A stretch of 64,000 nt of DNA from Scyliorhinus canicula (taxonomy: Eukaryota). Position 1 is the first letter of the stretch. Every line of letters begins with the position of its first letter. The notes below the pieces were generated by a model that was not told the origin of the DNA, made no database searches, and worked only from the letters and a program-made list of their open reading frames with translations. The stretch spans positions 4,195,698 to 4,259,697 of the forward strand of contig NC_052161.1 of NCBI RefSeq assembly GCF_902713615.1, written 5' to 3'. Positions 45,667-57,790 of the stretch are shown piece after piece. Position numbers and translations under genes: made by a program.

Positions 45667-48463
45667 ATCACGATGTGAGCATGGGAGTGGCTGCATTTTC
45701 GTGAGCTCTTGCTCCAATCCTTTTAAGCCTTTGTTTTATCCGAGTGCATATTCCATAATTATCTTTTTTTTTTTAAACATATGTCTTGCGCTATGTCCTT
45801 GGATGATCCCGGTTGGAGTTTGGTGGTGAAGAACCAAGTTGAATCAGAGAGAATACTCGTTTGATTAAGGCGGTTGGAGATGGCTGGGGTAGGGCCCAGC
45901 TTGCAGTTTTGCTGATGTGTGGACCTATGCCTCAGCAGTGCTGAATGCATTGGGATGATGACCACCATTGTGAAGAATGATGTTCTGGATGATGGCTTGG
46001 TGGTGCAAGCTTTTCGTGCTCACTTTGATGAACTGTGAGTATCTTTGTGAGGTTCGGTGGAACACATTGTATCTGGTCTTCGAGGACCCGATCATTGATC
46101 TTATGCTGTCCTCTTCGCGATGCTGATTGTGAGGGGTTGGAGGTGGCTGACCATGTTGAGTTACCATCACCCCCAGGGCCCAGGCATCAAAGCGGTGGAG
46201 GTTTGCTGGAACGTGAGAGATCCTGTCATGGCCCTTCCAAGTGACATAGATGGTATTATTATCCGAAAGTTCATCAATAATCCTGGACCTTATTCACTTG
46301 TGATTATGCTGTTGATTTCATGTTGCTGCCTTTATTTCTGACAAGATTGTTCGATGTTTGAGCATGAGGGCGAGGGTCATTTGCTGTCCTGTTTGAGCAA
46401 AAACGATATTGAATTGGTCAAGTGACATGCGGTTTGTGCATAGGCTTATCCTTTTTTTAAAAAATAAATGTGGTATGATCCTTGAATTCATGAGAAGGAA
46501 GTGCATTTTAGACACACCTTATCTTGTTTATAGAGATGAGTGTATGGTAGGGTTAAATTAGTGTTCACTTGGATTGAGGACTGCCCCTAGTTAGAGCTTA
46601 CTGTTTCAAGTTCTCATTTTGCATTTTTTATTCTTGTTGCTTTGAATTTTGAGAATCCGTACTTGTCTCCTTTGAAGGTCTGTGCAGATCATGTATTCGG
46701 AGATGATTGGATTCCTTCTGATTCTGAGTGGTTGGTGCTTTAGGGCAATTGGGGTAGAGGAAAATGAATGGTGGCGCATGACTGGATGTGATCAGTTTAA
46801 TCCCTGCTTGATTTGTTGAAGTGAGAGTCTGGTTGCATTGTTGGAGCCCTTCTCCGGTTTGGAAGTAGGCTTGATTGGAGAGTTAGGCGCCTTCCTCCAG
46901 GTGGTCTTATATATTGGCTTCTTGAATGTCCTCCTCATTGCGGTTGGGTCTTCTGTGGGGAAGCAGTGCCTGTTGAAGCAGCGCTGCCCTGTCCCCTAAT
47001 CTTTTTTGTTCATAGGGATGTCGGCGTCGCTGGCTGGGCCAGCATTTGTTGTCCATCCTGGAGGGAATTTAAGAGTCAACGACATTGCTGTGGGACCAGA
47101 GTCACATGTAGGCCAGACCAGGTAAGGACAACAGATTTCCTTAGTGGGTTGTTACGACAATTGAAAATGGTTTCATGGTCATCTTTAGACTTTTAATTCC
47201 GGATTTTTTCTTTATTGAATTCAAATTTTTGTGCCATGGTGGGATTCAAACTCGGGGCCCCAGAGCATGACTGGGGCTCTGGATTACTAGCCCAGCAACA
47301 CTATCTCCCTATCTTGCAAGGATATACTGAACTATTTGGTGTTTAATGTTCTTGGATTTACTCAGGATTTCTTTCCTTTGGGTTTGTGTGTGAGGGGGGG
47401 TCCTCTCTTTATCTGGGTGAGCAATGCGCTGTTTGATCACTGGGATGGTGCGGTTCCCTGGGTGTGGTTAGTGAGGTGCAGGGTCCTGGCGGTATTGAAT
47501 CATTTGCCTCACAAATGTGCTGGACTAGGCCATGTCTGGTGCTGTGATTAATATCCGGTTTTGCCTTGGGACGTTGCTTCTCGGAGGCACTGATGTGCTT
47601 GAATAGCTTGGTTTATTGATTCCTAAGTGCGCAAGGGTATGGGGTCGAGTCGGGTCCTGTATTGTGGTTGAGATCCTGTTGCCCCTCCAATGGTTGGGAC
47701 ATTCGCTTATGTGAACAAGCATCTTTTTCTCTTCTTCATCCTTGGGGTTGGCGTGTACCAGAAGAATCCAGACTTATAGTTGTATCTTAGTCCTCTTTTA
47801 TCCTGAGAACATTTGCTCCTGGTAGATCTCCCTTTTTAAAATCTGTCATGTTCAATGTGTTGGGAATCGCTGACTACACTGACCATAATCCAAGTTTATA
47901 GCTGCTGATCCTCTCTGTACAAATATGTGGAATGATGCTCATTCTGTACTTTGCTTGAGGTGGGATTATGTGGCCTTGTGCGGAATATGTAAATCATCCT
48001 TCCAGAACTGGGGCTCTCGCGTATTTTGTTTGTATTTTTCTATTTTTGTTATGGTGGGGTCTAAGAATCATGATTGGCTCCTGTAGCTGTACAGATGTTG
48101 CTGACATCCAAAGAGGAGGAGGAGGAGGGGGAGGGTGTCACAATATGCCACTGGTGTTGCTAGATTTAAGGTACACGCCCGAACATCACACAAAAAATGT
48201 ATCCTGAACTCTGGGTCGTTGCGAGCAATCGCCACGTGGGAAGGTGTGCACCATTTTACCATACTTTCATGGCTGTATTGTTCTCTCCGTTGATCTTTGG
48301 TGAGGCACCAAATTAAATCTAATGATTGTACGGAAACAATTATATTGATGTTCTCCGCTGTATTGACATAGTTGAGTCTTCTTTTTGTGCAGACTTTACC
48401 ACTCCTGTGGTTTTGTGGCATTATTTGTTAAAGTGAAAAACTTCAATTAAAAATAAATTTTTA
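45667..48463 (+). mobile_element. L1-type insertion (degraded, with nested LINE fragments)
   Basis: 21-bp TSD aaaaattaacaaacctc(g/a)gga (45646-45666 / 48464-48484) at TT/AAAA, A-rich 3' end; internal content only weakly assignable. Confidence 0.7.
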
Positions 48464-50346
48464 AAAAATTAACAAACCTCAGGAGGTTCAATTCCTACAG
48501 TAGACTCTTGAGCTCACACATATGAAAACACCATATCCTCATGGTTTTCAGGAACTCCCAACTTGTCACAGTAAAATATAACAATCTAACTCAGAACTCA
48601 TCCAGCTTTTATCGCCGGACTGAACAGCTCAACTAATTTTACTTTCACCGTCTCTGTCCTTCAACATCCCAAAAACGTGACAGAGGTGATCACTACTGTA
48701 AAGTCCCATACCATTTTAGTCATCTGACAGGATCAGCGCAGCAACGCAAGAGGAAAAGCTTCAATTTCTGGGCCTCGCTCGTTTTAAACCAGTGCATCAA
48801 TGCAAAACGAGTCTGAAAGCTGGCTAAGAACAAGGAAGCGTTCCCTCTCAATTCACTAGTGAGATACAGTCCTAAGCAGTACCCAAGTTACAGGCTGTGT
48901 TGAGATGGGTGATGTAAACTTACAACAATGATGTGAAGAATGGGAGGCAAATACCTTGCTGAAACATCAAATTTTTTGGGCAGTGGAAAGCTTGTAAAAC
49001 TAGTTTTAAGCCACTACTGGTTTCTGTCCATATATAGAATAAGTCAGCCCATTTCTAAAAATATCAGCAGCTTCAGAAATGTTTTCTCATGCATTATGAA
49101 TAGACCACAAAATTATATAGTGATTAAATTTCAGTAAGCTTGTAACGGGTACATTTGGACAGTAGCACAGCTAGCCTTGATTTCAAAGACTGTCTAGGTT
49201 AACGTGAGCGCTCTACAAATAAAAGAAATTGTTAAAGCATTTCTTATAATAGCAGCTGCGCAAATGTGACTTCAAAACTGTTCTTTAGTACATTTCCTTT
49301 TAAGAAGCCTCACTGCCTATCACTCTAATCTTAATGAATAATCGCGCCACGCTTCGTACATCTGGCGTTGTCGATCCCACAGCTGTAGTAACTTGTGCTG
49401 AGGATTCTTCTATCTGTACACAATGAGGGAAGAAGACAAGACAATAGAAGAGGCCATTAGTAACCCGTTACATCACAGCATCACACTTAGGTTATGGGAC
49501 AACGTGAACTGCATCACCATACCCACTAGGACTGTCTCTCCAACAATGGCATTAGCCAAATGCTTCAATAGAACCAATATCCCCTAATGTAACCTGATCA
49601 CTACTGCTCCTGCCAAAACTATGCATGTCCAATAGTGGATTAAACGGAATCTTGTGTTTGCTACCTAGCATGAACTGCTGCATGCACATTTATTCATTAC
49701 AGAAACTACAGATCAGTGCTCATGCTGAAGTGCTTAACAGATTTTCTGAAAGCAATTGTTTCACTGAAACTTTTAACTCGGGTCAATAAATGTTGGGAAG
49801 CCAGCAACGCCCATATTCCATAATGAATTTTTTTTTTTAAAGTGCTTCCACAGGACAGATCTTTAACATTACAAACTCTGCATGAGATTAATGTATCAAA
49901 TAAATTCTGGAGTGTCTGGATCTCACTGCTAATCGGATTGCTAATCTTGTATATCAAATCCTAAAGAACTGTTTTAGAGGACAGGGGCCCTTCTTCTCAC
50001 CCCTTCCATTCGACTCAAGTGGTAACCGCCTTTTTCAAAGTATGTATTCAATGATTTTACTATTAGATTGGAGGCCCACCCGTTAAAACAAAAAGAATCC
50101 CTAAGCCTGAGCATTCCAAAGCTGACTCATGATCTGAATCCAAGCCATGATCACAGTGCTAGTTGAGCTGCCTGCTGTATCAGTTTTAAAAGTCTGCATC
50201 CACGCCATATTCCCTGCCATCTGCGTAGAAACCTGTGAATAAAATATGGTTACTTGCTGTAACCCAGACCATGCTGGTGCCTTACTCAGCCTGCACTTCC
50301 CCATCCCAATCAATATACATGTGGTAAAAGTCACCACTGCTGCAGT

Positions 50347-50352
50347 TTTATT
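50347..50352 (-). terminator. candidate intronic poly(A) signal AATAAA in OGA intron 10
   Basis: plus-strand tttatt = AATAAA on -, about 860 nt after the exon 10 donor, followed by U-rich sequence. Confidence 0.35.
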
Positions 50353-51214
50353 CCAAAAAATTTTCCAATTGATTTTGGGACGACAAAATAGAGTCTCCCG
50401 GTTTTAGTTTTGGAAAAGCTCCCCATCTTGCTTTTTGGAACTGGTCACACATTTGAAGCTCCGGCTTGACCAGCAGACACCAGAATAGCCTTGCGCTTTT
50501 TATAAAGTTCGCTTGCGCGCTGGCCTGGAGGCTGCGTTCCAAGCCTTCGGATTGCTGCAACTGCTCGCCTGCCACTGTTCTGTTGAAAACAGTAATGTTG
50601 TTACAAATCACAGCAAGCAGCTCTCAATAGCTCCGTATGATCATGGCACATTGCAGTTGTGATTTTTTTCAAGATAAATATCGCTTTTGCAACATTTAGC
50701 AAGTTCTAGTGATGTGATGCTGTCCACAGTCAGTCCCAGAAAAAGAGACAACACAAAAAAAAAATGCAATGGGGAGTTTTTTTTTATATAAATCGACTGG
50801 TGTGCATAAAATAGTTACTGGGAACAATTACATCAGCCTCTGAAAAACACAAATGGCCAGAAGAATTATATCAGTGCCTTGGAAACAACTACTCAATTTG
50901 GCTGAATTAGTTCTGGCAATGGTTTCAAATGTAAGTGTAGAAACAGAACATCAGCTTGCTAATATCCTGCACTGAACAGATAAACGAAGGACAAAAAACA
51001 AAATAAGAATTGAGGGATCATTAGATAAAATTGTATTGGGGTGTGGCAGAATTAAAAGTGAGGAGCATTTTAACTCCATTTTGGTATTGTTATCCCACAT
51101 TCATATGGATTCTGGGTACTTGCTTTAAGAGATACATTTTTCAAGGGCTGACAGAATTGAAGATTCTTAAACCAAGACCATGAGGGAACAAGGCCCGTCA
51201 GCACAGATACCTAC

Positions 51215-51389
51215 CTAACCACTGGACAAAGGATTTCACCATAGATACCACACCCTTTATATCCCAGACATATGGGTACAGATCATATAAAATGGATCGG
51301 TTTTCACAGCTGGCAAGACGGGTAAACATCTGCATTACACCACAGCACATCTCTTCAAACTTCGTAGCTCTGAAATGCCATTTTTCAAT
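51215..51389 (-). CDS. OGA: O-GlcNAcase exon 10 (stalk domain)
   Basis: ttcAG|ATT...TTA G|GTAGGT; 175 nt; [58 protein letters not shown]. Confidence 0.96.
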
Positions 51390-51933
51390 CTGAAAGACAA
51401 ACATTAGATACATTTGTAGTATCTAAATACATGTTGGATGCTAAAGTCAGTAAAGCAAAATTTTACACAGGCAACTGCAATTCGAAAAGTCAACACCCTT
51501 TCCCCCATGTCATAAACCCTCTACTGGAGAAACAGCCTTTGAAAATAGATTTAGTACTTTTGTGGAGTGTTAATGGGCAGAATTCACTGCTGTGAGAAAC
51601 ATGCAACAGCCTAATCCTTATCCTATGCTGCCATATCCAAGGTTTGAGCCTAAGCTGCATCCAGGTTTGTTGACAGGAAGAGATAACATTGAGCCTGAAG
51701 AAAATCTTTGGAAGTTGTAAAAGCATATTAGGTGGTGGAAGCCATGTCTGCAGAAGCTGAACTTGAGTGAATACCAAGTTTTATGTAGGCAACCAAATAT
51801 TCCCATTGTTAGGGATAAATGCTTGGCCATACAGATGTACCAAGAGGAAGATTTGTTTGGCAAATCTACAATGCTCCCAGCAACAAATCAGGGTGCATGT
51901 GGAAACACTCGACATCAGTAAAGTAACAATGTA

Positions 51934-52160
51934 GGGCGGCATGTGGCGCAGTGGTTAGTATTGCTGCCTACAGCGCTGGGGGCCCGGGTTCGTATCCCGG
52001 CTCTGGGTCACTGTCCGTGTGGAATTTGCACATTCTCCCCGTGTCTGCGTGGGTTTCAACCCCACAACCCAAAGATGTGCAGGGTAGGTGGATTGGCCAC
52101 GCTAAATTGCCCCTTAATTGAGAAAAAAAATAATTGGGTACTCTAAACTTTTTTTTAAAA
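51934..52160 (+). mobile_element. HE1-type SINE, short subfamily
   Basis: head/core/tail; degenerate 16-bp TSD (13/16; 51917-51932 / 52161-52176). Confidence 0.9.
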
Positions 52161-52559
52161 AGTCAAGTAACAGCGTGGCACGGCATTGACACCTTTACAT
52201 ACAGGTACATGCAAATTAAATACAGCAAAATTCAAAATCCTGAAGCTATCGATTGAGTGGTTTTAGCTGACCAGATATGGCTGGAAAGACTGTACATACC
52301 AAAACCTGTACATACCAAAGAAGAAATTATTGCCCTGTAATTTCTCCACTTGCCACAAACATTGATCTCTCTCTGAAGGGAGAGCTTTCCAAATTTTTAT
52401 GCAACATATGAGCAAATCACTCAAGAATACAGTCAACTGTCACTAACAACTATGCTAGTTTTACATTATAAGTAAACCAATACAACACTATCAACAATGG
52501 TAGGCAACAGCCACAACAGAAATTTAAATTCGACCCAGACATACTCTCCAGGGAAATGC

Positions 52560-53050
52560 ACTTATCAATCAACAGATGAAACTAAAGACTGCACTCCAGA
52601 CAGACATTTCAACATGGGACTTAAAAGGAATAGGTCTTTCAGTACTTTGAGCCTGGTCTGCCATTCAATAAGATCATGGCTGATCTGGTTGTGTCTCAAC
52701 ATCACTTTGCCATTTACCCCCCATTATCATTGACTCCCTTGTCTACCAAAAATCTGTCTAGCTCAGCCCTGAATAAATTCAATGACCCAGCCTCCACTGA
52801 TTTCTAGGAAAGAGAACTCCACAGACTAATCACCCTTTGAGAGGAAATATTCTCCTCATCTCAATCTTAAAATGGTAGGTCTTTTATTCGTAAACCATGT
52901 CCCCTGAATCTAGTCTCTTCCTCAAATGGAAACATCCTCCGAGGTACCCAATCAAATCCCCTCAGGATCTTATGTTTCAATAAAATCACCTCTCATTCTT
53001 CGAAACTCCAATGGGTATAGGTCCAACCTGTCCAACATTTCTCATGGAGC
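52560..53050 (-). mobile_element. CR1 3' tail region
   Basis: GCCATTCAATAAGATCATGGCTGATCTG...CCAGCCTCCACTG...GAGAACTCCACAGACT CR1 signature. Confidence 0.8.
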
Positions 53051-53525
53051 AATAGAAGAATGATAAAAGTCAAGTAACAGGACATTCAGAATCGATAATA
53101 GCTTTATAGGTAAAGAGGAGAATGCTGCCCATTCATTCAATTCTCCATAAAACTATAACATCTTATAACTCAACAAAACCAGGCTATCACAGCAGCATGA
53201 GTGTATGGATTCCTCGCTTCTCAGCTTTAATCTAAATGACGTTTATACAACTTCATCCCTTTTTAAACTTCTCAACTAGCTACTTAGTAGCTCCTGAGAT
53301 CGGTAACTACCACAACCGACCGTTACATTTGTCCAAGAGGGTTTGTGCTTGCTTGGAACTGGCTTTGGATTGCCTAGATTAATAAATCAAAAGAGACAAC
53401 TCTGACTATGAATCTGTGTTGAATTCAAATCCATGCTCCAGGTGAAAAGCCAGTGATTTTAACTGCACCATCCAACCCTCTCTGGTTCTACAACCATACT
53501 CATGAGTGCACATTAGCATACTCAC

Positions 53526-54142
53526 CTTTTCAGCATCTTTTCCTTTACAATTCACACTAACGACACTACTGTTAGCCCGAAGCCATTGAAATTCCCTCAG
53601 CATCTGAACAGCTTTGGGTCCATGCTCATAAGGTAAATAGAACATTTCAGCCAAAAGGTTTAGGTCTTCTAGAGTCACAGCGTCAACAGTGTACAATGGC
53701 TTCTCATTGGGACCTGGGACATACTGCTCCTTGTTCATCTGCTCATCTGTCTGCATGGGTGCAATGTCACTGCCAGAGTCTTCCTGCATGAAGATCTCAG
53801 GAGACTTAGATTCAGCAATACTGTCTTTGTCCATCTCCATGGGTTTGAGTTCCTCAGACATTTTGGCCTTGACAATGTCTGTAAGGATCTGATTAACATT
53901 TTTGGCTTCTTGTTCGTCAGGTTTTTCCACCACCATTTCCATTGGTTCTTCATCAGACTGTTGTTTCTTCTCCTCCTCTTCCTTAACCAGTGGGACTGAC
54001 TCACCACTCAGCGGGCTTCCTTGACTCATGATAGGCTGTTGGTAGACTGTAGTCACTGTTGTGGATGAGTTCAGGCAGGGTGTGTCGAGCGCACCTACAT
54101 CAATTGCATTTGTCTTTGCACCACTGTGAGGGACTGTTCGAC
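53526..54142 (-). CDS. OGA: O-GlcNAcase exon 9 (disordered linker and stalk)
   Basis: ccAG|GT CGA...AAG|GTGAGT; 617 nt; RTVPHSGAK...[23 protein letters not shown]...FYLPYEHGP...[25 protein letters not shown]. Confidence 0.97.
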
Positions 54143-54377
54143 CTGGGGAAGGAAAAACTGCTTTAAAAACCTATATCAATTATTAATGGCAAAAATAAGG
54201 TTCATTGAGCAGCTCGGCCAGTGGTTTAGTGGACCTGAACTGGAAGATCCCAAGGCTAAATCCTGGCCATGTCAAGATACATGATCTTTGGCTGGGCAAA
54301 TATGAAGCTTGAGACTTGCTGGTCTTCATCCTACACTAGCATGTACCTTGAATCACTAGGCATCAAACTGCACTGTA

Positions 54378-54722
54378 CTGGAAGCACGGTAGCATTGTGG
54401 ATAGCACAATCGCTTCACAGCTCCAGGGTCCCAGGTTCAATTCCGGCTTGGGTCACTGTCTGTGCGGAGTCTGCACATCCTCCCAGTGTGTGCATGGGTT
54501 TCCTCCGGGTGCTCCGGTTTCCTCCCACAGTCCAAAGATGTGCGGGTTAGGTGGACTGGCCATGATAAATTGCCCTTAGTGTCCGAAATTGCCCTTGGTG
54601 TTGGGTGGGGTTACTGAGTTATGGGGATAGGGTGGAGGTGTTGACCTTGGGTAGGGTGCTCTTTCCAGCCGGTGCAGACTCGATGGGCCGAATGGCCTCC
54701 TTCTGCACTGTAAATTCTATGT
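54378..54722 (+). mobile_element. HE1 SINE with CR1-derived tail
   Basis: tail GCAGACTCGATGGGCCGAATGGCCTCCTTCTGCACTGTAAATTCTATG. Confidence 0.92.
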
Positions 54723-54739
54723 AATTAACAAAGGAATCT

Positions 54740-55169
54740 GGTGATTTTCAGAGTGTCGGAGGACCCGTGAGTCCAGGGGGCAAGAGAGGCTGACGTCTTG
54801 GCCTTTGCCTCCTTGGTAGCTTGGAGATGGATACAGTTAGCATGGAGGCACTCGAAGCCCCCAAAATTAGAGACCTGGGTCAATGACATGGCTGGCTTTC
54901 TCAGTCTTGAGGAAATCAAGTTCACGCAAAGAGGGTCAATGCTCGGGTTCGTCCAGAGGTGGCAGCCGTTTGTCGACTTCTTTAGAGAAAATTAACTGCC
55001 AGCAAAGGGGGGGGGGGGGGGGGGGTTTTGTCTAGATTAGTGTTCAAGGAAGGTGGGACCTGTGAGGGAGGTAGAGGGTCTTTGCACTTTGTTTATAGTT
55101 GTTTGTATACTGTTTACTGTTACCGTTATAAAATCACACATGCTTTAATAAAATATTTTACAAAAAAAA
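54740..55169 (+). mobile_element. 5'-truncated L1-clade LINE
   Basis: LAFASLVAWRWIQLAWR...FLSLEEIKF; poly(A); 13-bp TSD aaca(a/c)aggaatct (54727-54739 / 55170-55182). Confidence 0.85.
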
Positions 55170-55811
55170 AACACAGGAATCTATTTATCAATGCATGTAT
55201 CCTAACCCACTGCATGTTCAGCTCTTAAATATCGTTGCAAGATTGACTTTGTTCCCATTTTAAAGAACATCACTGTCGGCATTCATGCTTGCTCTTATTA
55301 ACTCTCCCTTACTGTGCTCAGTTCAGATGTAGGTCCCTTCTTGCATTCATGACAATGCACTCCAACTGGAAACCAAAAACAAAATCAGTCCCGGAATGCT
55401 AATGTGCTGAGTGGTGAGGTGACACTTTGATCTCGTAGTCCAGTCAAGCTGAACAGCAAACAGTAAGACTACGAGCAAGGGTAGGGTGGGAAAGAGGTTC
55501 GCTTGGCAGCATTGTGCTCCTCAGGAAGAAGAGGGAGGTAACGTCACACATTTGGGAGCATGCATTTAAAAATTATTTCAGAAAATGTGGGCTGACAATG
55601 ATCGAGGATATTTTCATGGTCTTGGAGACCAGCTTTATATTCAAGATTTTATTAACTGAATTCAAATTACACTAGCATCGGCCTAAGCCTCTGGACTAGT
55701 CCAGTGACATTACTACTTCACCATCAAATCCCCTCATGATAAAGAAACCTGCAAATCTTAGATCAACCATGAAAAAAAAAGGACAAATGGACTCAAACAC
55801 AACACACTCAC

Positions 55812-55970
55812 AGGTGTACTGATGTGGCACTCCAAATTCCTGCAGCCATTCAGTTATAGCCATCTTCAAAGCCATTTGAGGGCTGTACAAGATATCCATT
55901 TCTATCTCCTCATCACTGCCCTCATTTTCAAGTTTGATCTGGATAGATACAGTGCTCTCTTCTGTGTCAG
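55812..55970 (-). CDS. OGA: O-GlcNAcase exon 8
   Basis: ccAG|CT GAC...ACC T|GTGAGT; 159 nt, phase 1-1; [52 protein letters not shown]. Confidence 0.96.
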
Positions 55971-56474
55971 CTGGAGGAAATAAAGTATGCTGTATTATAC
56001 AACCAAAAATAAAATTAGAAACACAAAATCAAAATGTGAGCCAAACAGATGTGACAGGTACCAACTACAAACACAGGAGAGAACACAAAAATGGGACACT
56101 CCTCCCTAAACATCAGTACAGCAAGTATAGAGATAAATAAAATGGAGTACATTACCAGGAAATGGCAGAACTACTGGAATCACTGTTTACATGTCAAACA
56201 GCTCTTTTATATTGCACTCTATACAGTATTGTCACTTTTTATATTGGTAGAACACAATTCGCAGCATGAATTCTCAACGCAGAGCAGCAAGATCCCAGCT
56301 TCAATTTCCGATCTGGCTAGAGTTAAAGGATCTCAGTTGCTACACCGTTCCACCCATTTTCAACACTGTGCCTTGGGGAAGTGGCAAAAGATTTGCACAA
56401 ATCCGACCAAGCTTCCATTCCTTCACTCTTCCGGAAAATGTGTGTTGCAGTGAGATGTACTATCTGTGATGCCC

Positions 56475-56827
56475 ACATAGAACATAGAACAGTACAGCAC
56501 AGAACAGGCCCTTCGGCCCTCAATGTTGTGCCGAGCCATGATCACCCTACTCAAACCCACGTATCCACCCTATACCCGTAACCCAACAACCCCCCCCCCC
56601 CCCCCCTAACCTTACTTTTATTAGGACACTGGGCAATTTAGCATGGCCAATCCACCTAACCCGCACATCTTTGGACTGTGGGAGGAAACCGGAGCACCCG
56701 GAGGAAACCCACGCACATAGGGTGAGGACGTGCAGACTCCACACAGACAGTGACCCAGCCGGGAATCGAACCTGGGACCCTGGAGCTGTGAAGCATTTAT
56801 GCTAACCACCATGCTACCCTGCTGCCC
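56475..56827 (-). mobile_element. full-length HE1 SINE with a second CR1 tail type
   Basis: tail GGGCCGAAGGGCCTGTTCTGTGCTGTACTGTTCTATGTTCTATG, like the CR1 at 14327. Confidence 0.92.
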
Positions 56828-57505
56828 AAATGTTGAAAACCTGACACTTACTTAAGATTACACAAAGAACAGATAGTTGGTGATGTACAAGGGGGTTGGC
56901 ATTAGATTTGCAACTGTACTTCATTCAAGTCACCACATTTTTTGTTGTTCAGTGAGAGAATAACTATGTGCAGAATCAAGAGTTACTTCACTGTGTGAAA
57001 GCAGACTTTGGATATGCCTTGATTCATACAATAGCAATTCTGCAGATGCTGGAAATCTTAAATTCAAACAGGAAACATTGAAAATATTCAGGTCTGACAG
57101 CATCGTCAAGAAGCAGAGTAGATATTTCAGGTGATTGCCCTTCAATCTTTTCGGATGAAAAGTAATTCATCCGAAATGTGAAATCTGTTTCTTTCTCCAC
57201 AGATACTGTCAGACCTGCTGCATATTTCCAGCACTTTCCGCTTTCTGCTCTCATTAATGCTTACCTCACAGCACTATGGGAGCACCTTCACCACAAAAAA
57301 TGTAACAGGCTGAAAGAGCACATCATATACACCTTCATTGGGGTGGCAATAAATGTTGGTCTTGCCTTTGATGGACAAACCTCATTCACAATTCTTTTTC
57401 AAACGTGATAGCATAGTCGTGCACCCTCCTTTAAACATAAAGCAGAATCCATAGAAGCCCTACAGTGCAGAGGTCATTCGGCCCATCGAAGAAGAATGTA
57501 CTCAC

Positions 57506-57790
57506 TCATCACAATATCCTTTCGCACACCATTCATGTTGGATTTGTACCACGTAGCCAGGGTGTGAATGGCGACAAAATTCCCTTCAAATTCGCAGTTG
57601 GGGTTCGTCAGTACTCCTTTCAGTCTTGGAATGAGTTCAGTCGACCGCCCTTTGTATGGTCCAAGGAAAAGGCGCTTCTGATCATAATCATTGGCATGCA
57701 GATTGTCCCAAATGAGAGGAGCTCGCTTCAGTATTTTGGTGACTTCTTCGATGGATTCCACAGAAATATCTTTGGAAACCACTTTTGGAC
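57506..57790 (-). CDS. OGA: O-GlcNAcase exon 7 (GH84 catalytic barrel)
   Basis: tttAG|GT CCA...ATG A|GTGAGT; 285 nt; [45 protein letters not shown] active-site motifs. Confidence 0.97.

Noticed and set aside
50232-50286. Donor TGA|GTAAGG (50286) and acceptor cacAG|50232 as a small intron
   Set aside because: Only 53 nt apart, below the usual vertebrate minimum; the ORF 50101-50337 has no recognisable homology.
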